Source of the DNA: Zootoca vivipara
Taxonomy: Eukaryota
Reading direction: 5' to 3'
DNA: 64,000 nucleotides
Assembly (NCBI RefSeq): GCF_963506605.1
Contig: NC_083289.1
Location: 6,944,001 to 7,008,000, forward strand
Shown: positions 12,291-47,389 of the stretch, piece by piece
How the letters are laid out: each line of letters begins with the position of its first letter
Numbering within the stretch: position 1 is the first letter of the stretch
Made by a program: the position numbers and the translations under genes
The notes under the pieces: generated by a model
What the model saw: only the letters and a program-made list of their open reading frames with translations
What the model was told of the DNA's origin: nothing
Databases searched by the model: none

Positions 12291-14329
12291 CCTCCCCCCA
12301 GGACCTGGCCCCACCTGGCCCCTCCTGAGTGGTGATGCTCCTTTGTCAGAACTCGGAGGCACCTGCTGTTCCGTCTGGAGCTGGGCTGGGAATTCCCCCC
12401 CCCAAAAAAAATCCCGGAGAGCTGCTGCCAGTCAGTGCAGGCTAGTTGAAGAAAGATATTGAGCAGCTGGAAAGTGAGCAGAGGAGGGTGACCAGGATGA
12501 TGAAGGGCCTGGAAACCAAGCCTTATGAGGAACGGTTGAGGTAGTTAGAAGCCAAGCCTGATCCATATTATAGATAACATTAAACAGAAGTGTGTGTGCC
12601 AGGCTGCGAAATCACCTCCACTGCCCCAGGTCACATGAGGAAGCCCTCTGTGCTCACAAGCAAAACCTGTGATCTGAACAACCAATGGTACAGTTAGATC
12701 GATTTAGATGCTAGACTTAATGATCTTTTGGGGAGTGTCACTCCTTAGGTGGCAACAGGTATTATTTTTCCTACTTCAACATGTGCCCTGCATCTGGGGT
12801 CCTCCTGCTCATCATACTGCATGAAGCCCTGGTCTTTTGCCCCATAATATTTGTGTTATAAAATGTTGCAGGAAACCATCAGGTAGTTAAAAGGACAGAA
12901 AGGTGCAAAGAGTATTGAAAGTGGGATAGTATATGAGTGTCCAAATAGCATCATATGCACAAGTCATCAAGAGTGTACAATAAAAAAGATGTTTGTTAGG
13001 GGCCCATCGTGAATGACTTATTTCTAGGCTTCTTTTGACAGTGATGCTCCCTTTGCTGCTCAGGCTACTGTCCCATCCATCAAGCAAAACAAGCACTCAT
13101 TTCTTAGCAACTCATCTGAGTCTCTAGTAGATCAATATTCTTCTCCTGATGGGTTTAGAAGACCCTTCTAAGCTAATTCACATACGGTATGTATTTTCAT
13201 TCATGACAGCAAAATTGTTCCACAAAGAACGCAATGCTATCCCCAGCAATGGCTTATAATGTTGCAAACTCGGCAGGAACCAAATAAGCTCATCACAGTC
13301 TCATAAATTGCCTACTTGCTTGCAAACAAATTTGGCAATGCACTATGTTTTGCATACTTTAATGAACTTGTTGACAATCATCATTCTAAAGTTTCCTAAG
13401 TGAGCACTGATGGCTAAAAGAACTTTATTGAACGAGCAGGATATTCTTGCATCAGCTGGGAAGGTTACGCTGCATTTGAAAGCTACATAGAAAATATTTT
13501 GGGGGGAATCTGCAGGAGGTTTTTAAACTGCCTTGTGGGCTCCAGTGGGATGCTGACCAAGTCTGATCCACCATTCTCCACCTGCATACTTGTAAATACA
13601 TACTGTACTTACTCACTCACTCACCTTTTTCTCCAAGGAGCTCAAGTTGGCATACACAGTAATCCCCACAACAAACCTGTTGTAGTCACCCACTGAGCTT
13701 CATGGTTGAGAGGAGAGTTGAGCCCCAGGCCCACAGGTCCTACTCTGGCACCTTAACCACTACACCACACACCCCAAGGTGCTCTCATCCAACAGGAAGC
13801 TGAATCATTTACCAGTTCCCCTGCAGCAGCTCAACATTGGAGCTCCCAGAAGTGGGAAGCCAAGCCCAAGAACATTTTTTGACAATTTCCAGGGGTGGCA
13901 TTTCCAGTCAAATTAAAACAAAAACAGAGTCTTGTGGCACTTCAAAGGCGAATGTTTTTGTGTGTATATGTGTGGACTTGAGACAATTTAATCAGATGGA
14001 TGGAGTATTGCCTGGCTGGTATATGCACACACACAGGGAGAGAATGCTAGCTGTACACTCAGAGGGAAATAAAATGCAACAGTTGCACTACAGCTTAAAA
14101 CGATATAGAATAATTGCAGTGGCCACTTACACATTCAACGCTGTTGATGATAACGCAAATATACAGGCATAATACAGTAACTAACGTTGGTAGAGGAATA
14201 AATACCCAGGATCTAAAACTGAACTTCCTGGCAAGTGCCAATTCAGCAGTTATTTATTGCCGCCTTTTTCTCCAAGGAGCAAAAGATGACGCAGGCGGTT
14301 CTTCCCCTGCCTCCTCTTTAATCCCCACA

Positions 14330-14760
14330 ACAACCCCATCTGGTAGGCTAGTCTGAGAGCCCCCCCCCTCCGCGGCAGCAGGCAAGAGCACTGCGCAGGC
14401 GCAACGGCGCAGGCAAGCAGTTGCCCAGGTAACAGAGCGTCCTCCTTTCCAAAACGGTCCTCGCAGAGGCGGAGTCAAGCTCCGGGCTGCGCCAATCGGA
14501 GCTCGGGCGGCGTCCGCAGGCGGGAGGCAGAGTGGGGGCGGGGCTTCTCCCGGAAGTTCCGCCTGCGATTGCCGTTTCCAAGGCAACCGTGTGCTTGAGC
14601 GGGAGGCAGGTACGGGAGGCGGCCGCTCGGGGAGCCTCTGGAGGCGGCGGGAAGATGGTGAGTCTCGCGGGCGAGCCCTGCCTGAGCTTCGGCCCCGGGA
14701 CGACGCAGCTGGTCTACCTTGCAGGGTTCTTGTCGACAGAATTCCCGGCTAACTCACAGG
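14330..14760 (+). promoter_or_regulatory. MNS1 CpG-island promoter with two RFX X-boxes plus NRF1, CCAAT, GC-box and ETS motifs
   Basis: GTTGCCCAGGTAAC 14420-14433; GTTTCCAAGGCAAC 14574-14587; TGCGCAGGCGCA 14392-14403; CCAAT about 14492; GGGGCGGGGC about 14535; CCGGAAGT about 14550. Confidence 0.85.
14655..14657 (+). CDS. MNS1: MNS1 coding exon 1 (ATG only)
   Basis: gggaagATG|gtgagt inside a CpG island; phase 0 fits exon 2. Confidence 0.85.
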
Positions 14761-17700
14761 CTTCGTTTCGTTTTGCTATTGACTTGCCTGCTCAATAAAT
14801 AAAATTCCAAAGCGGCTCCTAAGTGCGAACGACCAGCAGGTGGTTTATATCCTAGCCCTTGTGGATTAATGTGGCGCTTTTTCAAAAAGCGGCCTCTTGA
14901 ATTTCGCGTTTGCCACGCGAAAAGGCTGCGGCCGAGTTTTAAACAATTGCCTTCTGAACTGCTCTTTGGTTTTTTTTTAATCTGTTCGCAACATTGCACC
15001 CCCTGTGTGCTTTCTCAACGACGAGAAAGTCTCCCTTTCCTGCCCTGCGGGACTTGCAGTGTTTGCAACTCAAGGAGTTGAGGGCGGGGCATCTCCACAC
15101 AGTGCCAAAAAAGCTCAATTAATTTAGCAACGGGCGGGGGGGGGCTGATATGGTGAGCCACCCCTCTTTCTCCCGCAGCTGCCTCGGAAGGCGAGGGTAC
15201 CAGAGTTGGCCTTTTATAGATCATCTCAGCAGGCAGCCTGCTGAGAGCTCCCTTCTGAAATCTAGGGTCAAGGTTGCCTTGGTTGTGCCCCTGCACTTCT
15301 CTAGGGCCTCAATAGGATCTTGCTAGCCTGACTGAAGCTGCCTCATGCCAGATCCAACCTGCCCATCCAGTCCTGTCCTGTCTGCTCTGACTGGCAGCTG
15401 CTCTCCAAGCCCTCAGGCTTTCCCATTCTTTTGAGACCAAGGGACCTTCTGCATTCAAAGCAGGTGTTCACTAAGATATGGCACCTCTGGCTAAAAAGAG
15501 AAAATGAACAAAGCTGTTTCTGCTTGTGGGCTATGACACTGCTTTGTACACAAGCAATCCCATTATCCATCTAGCTTAGTAAGGTCTACTTTGACCCCTG
15601 CTGCTTGATAGATTGAACTTGAGATCTTCTGCATGAAAAGCAGCAGCTTTGATTTTGAGCCAATTGTCCCTCCGATAATGAAGTATGTTTGCCACAACCA
15701 GTGTCTGCACTTGCTGTTGCTGGGCTGCTGGCTGATGTATTTGGCTCCCAGCCCTTGCCTAAATAACTGGAGGCACATTTATGGGTAATGTTCTAAATGG
15801 AACCAGACAAAAAGAGGAGGTGGTGCCACCCTACATGTCTGTCTGCTTTGTAAGTGCAACTCCCAGTGACAGCACTCCTTAACTTTTGGGTTGTGTTGGT
15901 GATCTTGTGAAGAAGAGGAGAAGGGCACCATGCCAGTGTGAGCCATCCTGCCAGTAGGATGCTGGTGGTCTCAGTCATGGAGAGACCTTGACAGTGTTTT
16001 CCTGCAGCCATGAGAATTCTCCCATATATGACTCCCTTGCAGGCGATGGCACGGCAGCGGCACGGCCGTGCGCAGCTGACAGCGGCGCAACAGCTGGATA
16101 AGAAACAGCATGAGGCTTATTTCCAAGAAATGAGGGAGCTGGAGCACCAGAAAAAGGTGCAGCGCGTCCATCAGCTAGAGGTGATGTGGGAGGCTGAAGA
16201 CCGTGTTGAGGAGAAGCGCCTCGCACGGCTGCTCAGGGAGGAGGAGCATGAGCGGCGCATGGAAGAGGCTATTCAGAGGGTGAGTCGGATTGTCTGGAGG
16301 CAGGGAACTCCTCCCCATAATTAAGATCCTGATGATCTGTTGCATATTTGGTGAGTCCCACTGAGTACACTGTGCTGAAGTTTGTGTTCTAAACCGCAAA
16401 GGGAAAATGAGTCTGGCTGCTCAGCAGATTTGAAGGGAAGGAGGGCCACAGGCTGTAGGTAGGTTGGTGACAGTGGTAGGCTGTGATTTATCTCTGGGAA
16501 ACAATTGTAGTAATGTTTCACCTAACAAACAGCCTGGCTGGCTGGGCTGTAGGTTCTGCTACCCCAGGGGCTCCCAGGGCCTGACTAAGAACTTGAGGCG
16601 TGGTTGGTTGAGGCGTCTTGCTCTTAGGGCTGAGTTTGCAGCATCCCAAGACATCCCTCCCACCTCCATGGCTCCCAAAACTGGATTCTAGGTAGTGTGA
16701 CAGCTTATACAAGCTTGGTAGAGTTAGTAACAACCTGGCAATGTCTTGTTTAATGAAAAAGTGTTAAAGCTGAATATATGGGTCTTTATGCTATGAAATG
16801 TTGATGAAGCCTTTCTGAATCTGCATTGCGTGATCTTTAAAAAACTTTTTTCAGATGTTAGGCTGTTGTTTAATCAGAATAAATATCAACTTTGTGCTCA
16901 CTCTAAGATTAATACCACTGAAAAAAATCTGTATCTTCTTTAAAAATGCCAATGTAATTATAAATAGATTATCTTCTGTTAGTTCAGCACAGTTCCAGTA
17001 TAGCAGGCATCTGAGTAAAAGTGTTCCAGACTGAAGGTATGCAAATATTTTCCATTCCACTAAGGTTTTTTAAGGATTATTGCAGGATACACTAACAATT
17101 TCTTTAGAAGCACACTGAACTATCAGACAATTGCAGGATAGTAGTTCTAGAATCCAATTCTGATTTGTTAAATTCAATTTTGTGGTCAGGCAGAAGAGAA
17201 TAAAAGGTTGAAGGAACTGGAGTTGCAACAGGAAGAAAAACTGGCAGCTGAGTTAGCAAGATTAAACCATGAGAAACTTAAAGATGAAAAGATGAGACAG
17301 CAAATAAGAGAGACCAGGTATTTCTTTCTTCAACAAATAGATTTCTTTATAATCCCACAGAAAGATGGAGCTTCCCTACCTCTAACTGTTACTAATGCTT
17401 CTGTTTGGTGTCGGAGTTTAGCACTTTGTTGGGGGCATCATGGCAGATGAAGATAATCTCTGTGGTGTGGCGGCATCTTCTTCCCCCAGCTAATAGATGC
17501 CAGTCTAGTGGCATGTCAGAATTTTAGCATGAACACGCTGGGTTGGTAAAAACATTCATTTTAATGTTATCTTTTAAAACTATAAATGTGTTTAAAATCA
17601 GATTTGTTAAGTGTCTGCAATGAGAGGTGCCAAATAAAAGAATGAGAGGCAGTTTTCAACACATGTTTCATACTTTTTGTCAATACGGTTTCTAGTATTG

Positions 17701-17838
17701 AACTTCGGGAGCTGGAGTTGAAGCTGAAATCTGCTTATATGAATAAAGCGAGGGCTGCCCAGATTGCTGAGAAAGAAGCTATAAAATATGAAAAAATGGT
17801 AACTGGCTTTATTGACTGTTCTAATCTTTGGATCTGCT

Positions 17839-17887
<49 letters not shown>

Positions 17888-18457
17888 TATATATAAAAAA
17901 ATGTAAACTGGGCATGTGGGTGGGTGTCCACTTCTCTCCGAAACCACTTGACCGATTACGTTCAAATTTTGACACAACGTGCAAAGCGAATATGAGAGTG
18001 ACCATATACAGGTTGCGTAGACAGATGTCACACCTGGGCCACGTAAAAACCCCAAAACCCCATGTTCCAGAACTCACAAATCACCCTCAAGTGCATGCTG
18101 GGAGCACAGGAGATGTTGCAAAACAGCACCCTCTAGCAGCGATGACTACACTGGTACTGCACCTAGGAATGCTTCCCTCTCCACAGCATCTCGGCTCGCC
18201 TTTCCAGACTGGGCCAAGTGGAGGTGGGGGCTCGCCGGGGTGGGGGGAGGAGGGGATGGGATAGCTCATGGGTTGGGACAGGGCGGGGGGAGTCACAGGA
18301 ATGACCCTGTGTAAACAGAACATGCGAACATGCGTAAAACATTTCAACAAAATGAAGGGGGGCTCTGAAGGTGAGGAGGGTCTGAAGGGGGACTCTGAGG
18401 GTCCATTTAACAGACTGAGCCACAGCAACGTGTGGCCAGGCCAGCTAGCCCAGCTAG

Positions 18458-18509
<52 letters not shown>

Positions 18510-21500
18510 GACTGACTTAAAATCTTGCTAGTTTGGAAAATGGATTGGTCAGCTTAGATTTTGGATAAGCCTAGCCCTACTGTTTGTTTTCACTGGGAAC
18601 TTATGGTAAAGGGTAGGAAAGACACTGAAGTAACAACAACAACAAATGTTTAAAATCCATTTTCTAAATTAAAAATTACATTTTAAAAAGGAGATTTATT
18701 TTGGTTAGTAAGAGCAGTGTTTTATTCTGCATCTTGATATCTTCCACCAAGCTAAATCAATGACATGATGTGGACCTAAGCCTGCTTACTCAGGAAAAAG
18801 TCCCACTGAGCTCAGTAGAGCTTATTCTCTAGTAAGTGGGTTTTCTTAAGGATTGCAGCCATAACAACCATGCTTGCTTCTAAAGGCAGTGTGGGGCAAA
18901 CCCCTCAAAGCTGAATTCATGCAAATAGTTTTAAATGTATAGCAAATGGTCTACACAGCATTGCATTGTTTTTCAAAGGTCATCTCTCCAAATATGATAA
19001 TTAAAACCTTTCAAGCAGCATGTTTCTAATGTGTTTCTTACTGGGCTTTGTCCAGTTATGCCATATTTAGAGTACACATATTGAAATCAATGGACATGAC
19101 TAAAGTTTCAGTTAAGGCGGATTCAACCCATAACTATCAAACAACTTTGGCTGCAATTCTGAACCAATTACCATGAAACAATCTCTCTTCAACTCAGCAG
19201 GTTTTACTTCTGAGTAAGCATGCTCAGGATTGCACTGTTAAATAAATAAGTTCCACATTTTAGGAAAAAATGGCACTGAAATGGTTTACAATGCATCAGA
19301 TTTTTGGTTTGGCTTTCTAGTCACCCATCCTAGCTTTCAGTTGCTTTTTACAAAGTTTCCATAGCCCTTAGTAGCTTCATTTTCATAATTTTATTTCCAT
19401 GTACTGTTAGTTTAGCTGAATGGATGCAACAGTGTGTGTGGAGAGAACTATTTCTTGGTGTAGCAGGTTGAAAAAATGGATAGTTCCTAAAGGGCTAGAT
19501 TAATACGTGATTAATATATGTAAATAATATGGTTCATCAGCAGTCCACAGTGTCTTTTCACTGGGATGCTAGTCTTCTTTGGAGTTTGTTACTCCAAATT
19601 CTTCTATTTTTTTAAAAAAATAGATTAAAATCTTTTCAGAAAGCTGATGCAGAAATATGCAAAGCAATGAAGGAAGCACAGGAAAAGGCAGAGGAAGAAG
19701 AGAAGACGGCTGCGGCAAAGCGGAATCAGGAAAAGCTGCTTTACCAGCAAGAACTGGAAAGGCAACTAGAGGACCGAGAGAGACAGAGGCAGGCAGCCTA
19801 TGAGGAGTTCCTCCGAGAGAAGCTCTTGATTGATGAAATTGTGAGAAAAATCTATGATGAAGATGAACGGTTAGTTGGACTTCCTGCGTTTGTGTTTTAA
19901 ATTTGTTTAGCTTTACTGTGTAAGAATTTTTCTCTGGTCTGAGGGGTTCCTTGCTTTATTAATATTTCTGGCTCATGGCTCATCTGTCCAGCCTGCCCTG
20001 TGCTTATGGTGCTTAGAGTGATGGCAGACCTGCTGCTTCACAGTGAGCAAGTTTTTGATCTGGTGGCTCCTACCTCAGAGCATTTGAAATCGACTAGATG
20101 ACTTTCAAGCTGTGACAGTCACTTAACTGGGAAAGTTGTCATGAGCACAAAACGGCATACGCTGGAGTGTCCTTAGTTCCCCGGGGATGGCTTGGTGTGA
20201 CACAAGAGGAGGGGACTCTTAATTATCTGGGTTACATTTAGAAATGTTACTAAAGTTTGAGACTTCTCCATAGAGCGAAACAAGGAAGACTAGAGAAAAT
20301 GAGAGCAACACAAAGGTTCATAGAAGAATTTAAAAATGATCAAGCTATGAGGAAGAAAAGGCAGCGTGAAGAGATGGAAGAGGAAAACAGAAAACTCAAG
20401 GAATTTGCCAACATGTGGCAGGAAAGAGAAGATAGCAGGATGGCAAAGATCCAGGAAAATGAGGAGCGGAAGCAAAAGCTCCAGCAAATGGTATTGAAAT
20501 GCCTCTTAAATTTCCTTCCCTTGATATGAGAGGCAGCAGGTGCCTAAAATCTCCTCCCTCTCTATGACAGCTTGAAGAGGCTCTAGAAAGGGAGCAGCAG
20601 GAACGGGAAGAACTTGAGCAAATCCGTGAAGAGCTGTATTTTGAAGAACGAGAAGAGGAAAACCGAAAGAAGGAGATGGTAAGTGACTGCAGTTTTTAGT
20701 CTTGTCATGGGACTGCACAAGAGATTTTCTGCCCCTCCCCCCATTGCCCTTCCTGTGAAATATCAGCTTCAAGAGCTTTAGTTAGTTAGTTTCCATGGCT
20801 TGTTAACCTTCACTACTTCATATTGCTGTAGACATCTTTGTCTTCCTTAAATATATTCCCAAGGGACAGTATATCATCCAATGTGAATTTGTGAGGGTGC
20901 TTTGCCAAGGGCCATGTAACGCTCCTCTCCAGGTCTTGCCTGCTTGAGGAGGAAGCTCCACTTGCCCCAGGATCCTCTCTTTTCCCCATGTCTCCTAAAA
21001 CTGTCTTAGATGACAAGTTATCACAATATAAAGGTATTGAAGCAAGGTTTCCCAAGCTGTGGTCCATGGACCATCAGTGATCCACAAGCCTCTATCAGGT
21101 GGTCTGTGGCCTGAGGAACGGCAGAAGCAGCAGCAGCAGCAGCTCTGTCATTCTTAGAACCTGGCAGTCCACCTGGAAGGTGTGTGGGATGGGCTGGAAG
21201 TGATCAGGGGAGAAAGCACTTGAAAAGGGGCAGGGAAGATTAGCAGCAAAGATAATGTGAGGCTACAATTAAGAAGTTTAATCTGGATTCCTTAAAAAAT
21301 CATACAGCATCTAGTGCAGTGCATTACATTTGCCACAACAGGCAGAAGAATCATTAAATGGTCCTCCAAAACTCTCAGCACTTTTCAGGTGGCCCATGGG
21401 GGAAATGGTTTGGGAACCACTGTATTGAAGGAAGCAGAACAGGCAACCTCTGGTTATCGTATGCATTGGTGGAGTGCACATAAGCCCCCCTCATCCTGTT

Positions 21501-24375
21501 ATGCCGCCATCACGCCGCCTTCTGGGTCTGAAAATGGCCCATGCATACAGGGTGGCACATAAAACGGGAGTTGCCTGTATCTTGCCTAACTGTTCACCCT
21601 GGGAACTGGCAGTACTTAATTATTATTATTATTATTATTAGAATGACTGTTGTATGCTGTACACTCCTTCCCTGTAGGAAGAGTTGGAGAAGAAACTTAG
21701 GCAGCGTTTAGAATTGCGCAAAGCGTATGAAGAGCAGTTGGCCATGAGGGAGGTGCTGCGGCAGGCGATGAAGGAGGAGGAGGAGGCCTTCCGCCAATCC
21801 ATGCTGGCCAAGTTTGCCGAGGACGACCGTGTTGAGCAAATGAATGCTCAGAAGCGAAGAATGAAGCAGTTGGAGCACAGGAGAGAAGTAGAGAAGCTCA
21901 TTGAAGAGCGGAGAAAGCAGTTCATTGCAGACAAGGTGAGAAACTGGCCTCTTTTGACAAAACTAATCACAGCTAATAAGGCAGCTCTGAGTTCTGTACA
22001 TTTCAAGTAAGACAGTGCATGCACTTTTATAAACTAAGAAAATCTTTAATAAAAAATATTGGCGGCGGGGAGGGGGAGTAGGTCAGGGAAATATTAGAGC
22101 AACCTGTGGCTTTGTAGCCAGAGCAGAAGCATTTTGTTTTTCACAGGGCAAAAATCTCCCATAGCTTCATGAAATTGCTTTTGAACTAGTAAAAGGTAAT
22201 ACATTTTTATTACTTCTGTACAGGAACGTGAACTTGAAGAAATGCAGCTTGAAGAAAGAAGGAAAGGCATTGTTAATGACATCATTGAGGAGGAGCGGCA
22301 GAAGCTGCTTAAAGAACACGCAGTTAAACTATTGGGATATCTTCCCAGAGTAAGTAGAGACAATTGCAGCTTAATGGGGGTGAAATAGCAGCAGCAGCAG
22401 CAGCAGCAAAGTTCCCTGCACCTGCATTAGGATATCCAAGGAGCATTTAACATTGGAGCAGAGGAAGGCAGTCTCTCCCATGGCCAGCTCCTATCGTTCA
22501 CGTGGAAAATCTATGTGGATTCTGGTGAAAAACGGAATTCTAATTGTGCAAGACTGAAGCCCACATTTACCTGTCTTAAAGGACAAGTGAACAAGGCTTA
22601 GAGTGGGAAAGACTGGATGGGAATATACACACGGGAGAAAAAAGTAAAGCTGAATGACTGAAACACTCTTTGGGGGTTTGCTTTGAACAGGCAAGGGAGA
22701 ATGTGCAGTGAGCTCTGCTCTCTCAATGATACTCTGCACACCAGGCAAACACCTTGTTAGTCTGAAGGGGGGCTGGCTTACTTGCATGTAGGGTTTCCAA
22801 CACCGGGACAGAAGCTCTGCATATTGCCACTTAGTCTTTCACACATGCAAACTGAATGTCTGAAAAGGGCTTGAGTGTGAAGGGGGAAGGCAGAGGGGGG
22901 AAATGGCATGGATAGGGTGTTTAACATTTATTTTTTTATTTCTGAAAGAGAGAGGGGATTTTGGAGTAGAATCTTGTTTTGATTCTGGGACAAAGTGGAG
23001 AAGGATGGGTTTAGTAGAGAAGGCAGGGCAGAGCTGTAAAAGATGCACTGAGAGCCAGTGTGGTGTAGTGGTTAAGAGCGGTAGACTTGTAATCTGGGGA
23101 ACCGGGTTCATGTCTCCGCTCCTCCACATGCAGATGCTGGGTGACCTTGGGCTAGTCACACTTCTCTGAAGTCTCTCAGCCTCACTCACCTCACAGAGTG
23201 TTTGTTGTGGGGGAGGAAGGGAAAGGAGAACGTTAGCCGCTTTGAGACTCCTTCGGGTAGTGATAAAGCAGGATATCAAATCCAAACTCTTCTTCTTCAT
23301 GTTTATTTACTCAGAGTAAAGCCCTGCTGTTTTAAAACAAAATCTTTCACTTTCCCCAGCTTCTCACCCTTTTCTCCCCTGCATTCTCAATATGGTGCTC
23401 GAGTTGTTTTTGTACTCAACTGCTGCCTTCCCTCATTTCTCTTTGCCTTCCCCAGAGGTCTCTCTGTGCTCTTGCCTGTCGGTCCCCCTTTCTTCAGGTT
23501 TTGCTGTTTCTGTCTCTTCACTCCCTTCTCCATCCTTCCTTGCTGAATTTAGTGGCTGCAGTACAGAAGGTTTACCCTCTCCCACCAGCTCACACATTGA
23601 GGGTCTGGCACAAGGAGGCCCTGCAGCAAGTATATACTCTACCACATGCCTCTGAATCCAGGGAGAGAACTACCTTGGTTATAGTCATGTAGTATCCTTG
23701 TATCCCACATACTGTACTTGTTGGGCTCAGGTGGCCTAAGATGTTTCCACTGAAATGGGAAACTGGCCACAATCAATAGGAATCTAGAATTTCCAGAGGG
23801 AGCTGTAATGAGTGATTTAGAAGGTTTCGAAGTAAGACCTCAAGTCTCAGGCAGGCAGGCAGGCACACCCAGTGTGCAGAAATGGCTCCTGGAGCAGCTA
23901 GAATGGGAAAATCTGATAGTCTAGAAGGGGCAAGGCTGCTTTGAGATTTATTTTCTTAAAATGCAAAAATCTTATAGCCTTGACCCCTGCTTCCACTAAT
24001 CCAGAACTTCATACTTGCATATTACAATGCATCACTATAGTGGAAGCTTATCACCAAACCCCAGTTTGGTAAACAGTGCCATTGCCATTTAAGCCAAGTA
24101 CAGTTAACATGATAAAAATAATTAAATGCAAAGCACAAACCATTAAATGGTGTGCAAAATAAAAAGTGTTTGAGAACTTTACTGTGCAGGCTAAGTCTTA
24201 GACTTCCAGTAACTACAATCCTAAAATACCTTTTATGGTGTCATATTGAATTGAATACTGTTCTTTGTATGTTCAGGGAGTTCTTAAAGATGAGCAAGAT
24301 GTTAACATGTTGGGAGAAGAGTTCCGGCAAGTTTATCAAAAGAGAAAAGGCGATGGGCCGGCAGAAGACAATTGA
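14655..24375 (+). CDS. MNS1: Meiosis-specific nuclear structural protein 1 (axonemal coiled-coil protein), complete 10-exon CDS, 502 aa
   Basis: Coding exons 14655-14657 (ATG only), 16043-16279, 17190-17317, 17696-17798, 19640-19869, 20274-20490, 20571-20678, 21678-21935, 22224-22349, 24277-24375 (TGA). All introns GT-AG with consistent phases, total 1509 nt. Peptides KDEKMRQQIRE, LKSAYMNKARAAQIAEKEAIKYEKM, MLAKFAEDDRVEQMNAQKRRMKQLEHRR and LLGYLPRGV match MNS1 as I recall it; tail-to-tail with TEX9 as in human. Confidence 0.97.
16043..16279 (+). CDS. MNS1: MNS1 exon 2
   Basis: ttgcag|GCGATG...CAGAGG|gtgagt; AMARQRH...MEEAIQR. Confidence 0.93.
17190..17317 (+). CDS. MNS1: MNS1 exon 3
   Basis: AEENKRLKELELQQEEKLAAEL...QQIRET; AG/GT boundaries. 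Confidence 0.95.
17696..17798 (+). CDS. MNS1: MNS1 exon 4
   Basis: IELRELELKLKSAYMNKARAAQIAEKEAIKYEKM. Confidence 0.95.
17841..17886. repeat. (TG)n microsatellite; second tract at 18463-18506
   Basis: Read directly. Confidence 0.95.
17886..18457 (+). mobile_element. Non-autonomous Helitron in MNS1 intron 4
   Basis: 5' TCTATATATAAAAAAATG; 3' hairpin GCCACA-gcaacg-TGTGGC followed by CTAG|T; no TSD; flanked by (TG)n on both sides. Confidence 0.7.
19640..19869 (+). CDS. MNS1: MNS1 exon 5
   Basis: KADAEICKAM...EKLLIDEIVRKIYDEDE. Confidence 0.95.
20274..20490 (+). CDS. MNS1: MNS1 exon 6
   Basis: AKQGRLEKMRATQRFIEEF...QKLQQM. Confidence 0.95.
20571..20678 (+). CDS. MNS1: MNS1 exon 7
   Basis: LEEALEREQQEREELEQIREELYFEE...KKEM. 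Confidence 0.93.
21043..21422. mobile_element. hAT MITE
   Basis: 8-bp TSD TATTGAAG (21035-21042, 21423-21430); termini CAAGGTTTCCCAA and TTGGGAACCACTG. Confidence 0.85.
21678..21935 (+). CDS. MNS1: MNS1 exon 8
   Basis: EELEKKLRQRLE...KFAEDDRVEQMNAQKRRMKQLEH...FIADK. Confidence 0.96.
22224..22349 (+). CDS. MNS1: MNS1 exon 9
   Basis: ERELEEMQLEERRKGIVNDIIEEERQKLLKEHAVKLLGYLPR. Confidence 0.96.
23051..23298 (+). mobile_element. tRNA-derived SINE
   Basis: Box A tggtgtagtgg, box B ggttca, gggtgaccttgggctagtcac core, (CTT)n tail. Confidence 0.85.
24277..24375 (+). CDS. MNS1: MNS1 exon 10 (terminal, TGA)
   Basis: GVLKDEQDVNMLGEEFRQVYQKRKGDGPAEDN*; ATTAAA at 24506 and 24639. Confidence 0.95.
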   Translation, partial: GVLKDEQDVNMLGEEFRQVYQKRKGDGPAEDN

Positions 24376-25169
24376 GACCTAAGTTTGCTTCAAGAAGTAT
24401 TAGAAGAAGCCGTGGGACTATATAGAGTACAGTGTTCTTACTGCTAGGTAATTTTTGCCTCTAAATCATTCCATGTGTCTTTCAACTGCCTTGGTTTTTA
24501 TAGTGATTAAATTATTTCTGCAAAAATAGCTACTTTTGTTTGCATTTTGTGCTTATGCTGGAAATGGGGAGCTGAATTTATCTTCACTTGACAGAAATGA
24601 AGTTGTTGCAAAAGTCTGGTAGCTTCAAGTGTGTTTAAATTAAAAATGCTTTAAATACATATATACCGGGTAGCTAAAACGCCTGCAGCTTATTTAATAA
24701 GTGATTGGAAATATACTAATTTATTTGCACTTCAGTGGAGGGAACTGGTGAAGCTGATGAATTGTGACATGAGAGTAAACTTGCTCAAAAGTAACTCTTG
24801 TTATTTAATGATGGACAGGAAACTTGGAAAATAACAACTTTATTGTGATAAACAAAATGGCTTTACTAAGCTACTGATGAAGTAATTCATAAACTTAAGG
24901 GAGTCTTTAGTGTCAGTGGAATATGTGAAGCTCCCCAAGCTAGCCTTGGTAACCTGGAAGACAACAGCAGTCGTCAGTACAATTACATATGGAGAAAGAT
25001 GAACGAAATGGCAGCTGGCAATAACAGTGGGGAGGAGACACCAAACAGGAGCCGATACTACACTAAAATTAACACATTCCAGTGTTTCAGAAAACTTCGA
25101 TGGATTTGCTTTTGAGCCACCATAGTGCTGAATGTTAATTGTGTTTCCGTCCATGTATAGTGTTGAACA

Positions 25170-46972
<21,803 letters not shown>

Positions 46973-47389
46973 TTTGCGCCGCAGCCGGGGAAGAGGAGGA
47001 GGAGGCGGCTCCGGCGGCGCTTCGCCCTCGCTAGGCAACGGCGCGCGTGAGGGCGGCCCTCCGTCCTCCTCCTCCGGCCCCGCGCAGAATCCCGCCCCGC
47101 GCCAACCTCCTCGTCCTCTCCCTCCTCTCCCAGGTGTTTGGGTCGGCGGGGGTGTGTTTGTTCATTGCGTTTACTGCATAGCTCCCCTTTTCTGTGGGGG
47201 TGCACTGGATTCCTCATTTGGTGAACACCAGCTTCAGTGACCCCTTTGGGGCAGGGACCTTGGCTTGTGTTCCCCCCCCAGTCAGAGCCGAAGCTATGTG
47301 GGGGGGGAGGCTAGCCAGGGTTTTTGCTACAGGTGAAGCCTCCAGAGGGGTGCCATTGAGGCTCCTAGCCTGTGTGTGTGTGTGTGTAC

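Larger units (their letters stand above)
2716..12596. repeat. Left arm of a large inverted segmental duplication
   Basis: Reverse complement of 52183-59227: ctgtgatagaactgccagctg at 2716 pairs with cagctggcagttctatcacag ending at 59227, and taaacagaagtgtgtg ending at 12596 pairs with cacacacttctgttta at 52183. Dozens of mirrored ORF pairs appear in the ORF track. This arm is longer because of two TE insertions. Confidence 0.97.

Noticed and set aside
13040-13190. Exon-like block upstream of MNS1 (DAPFAAQATVPSIKQ...) as a possible ZNF280D terminal exon
   Set aside because: No recognisable homology and no partner exons
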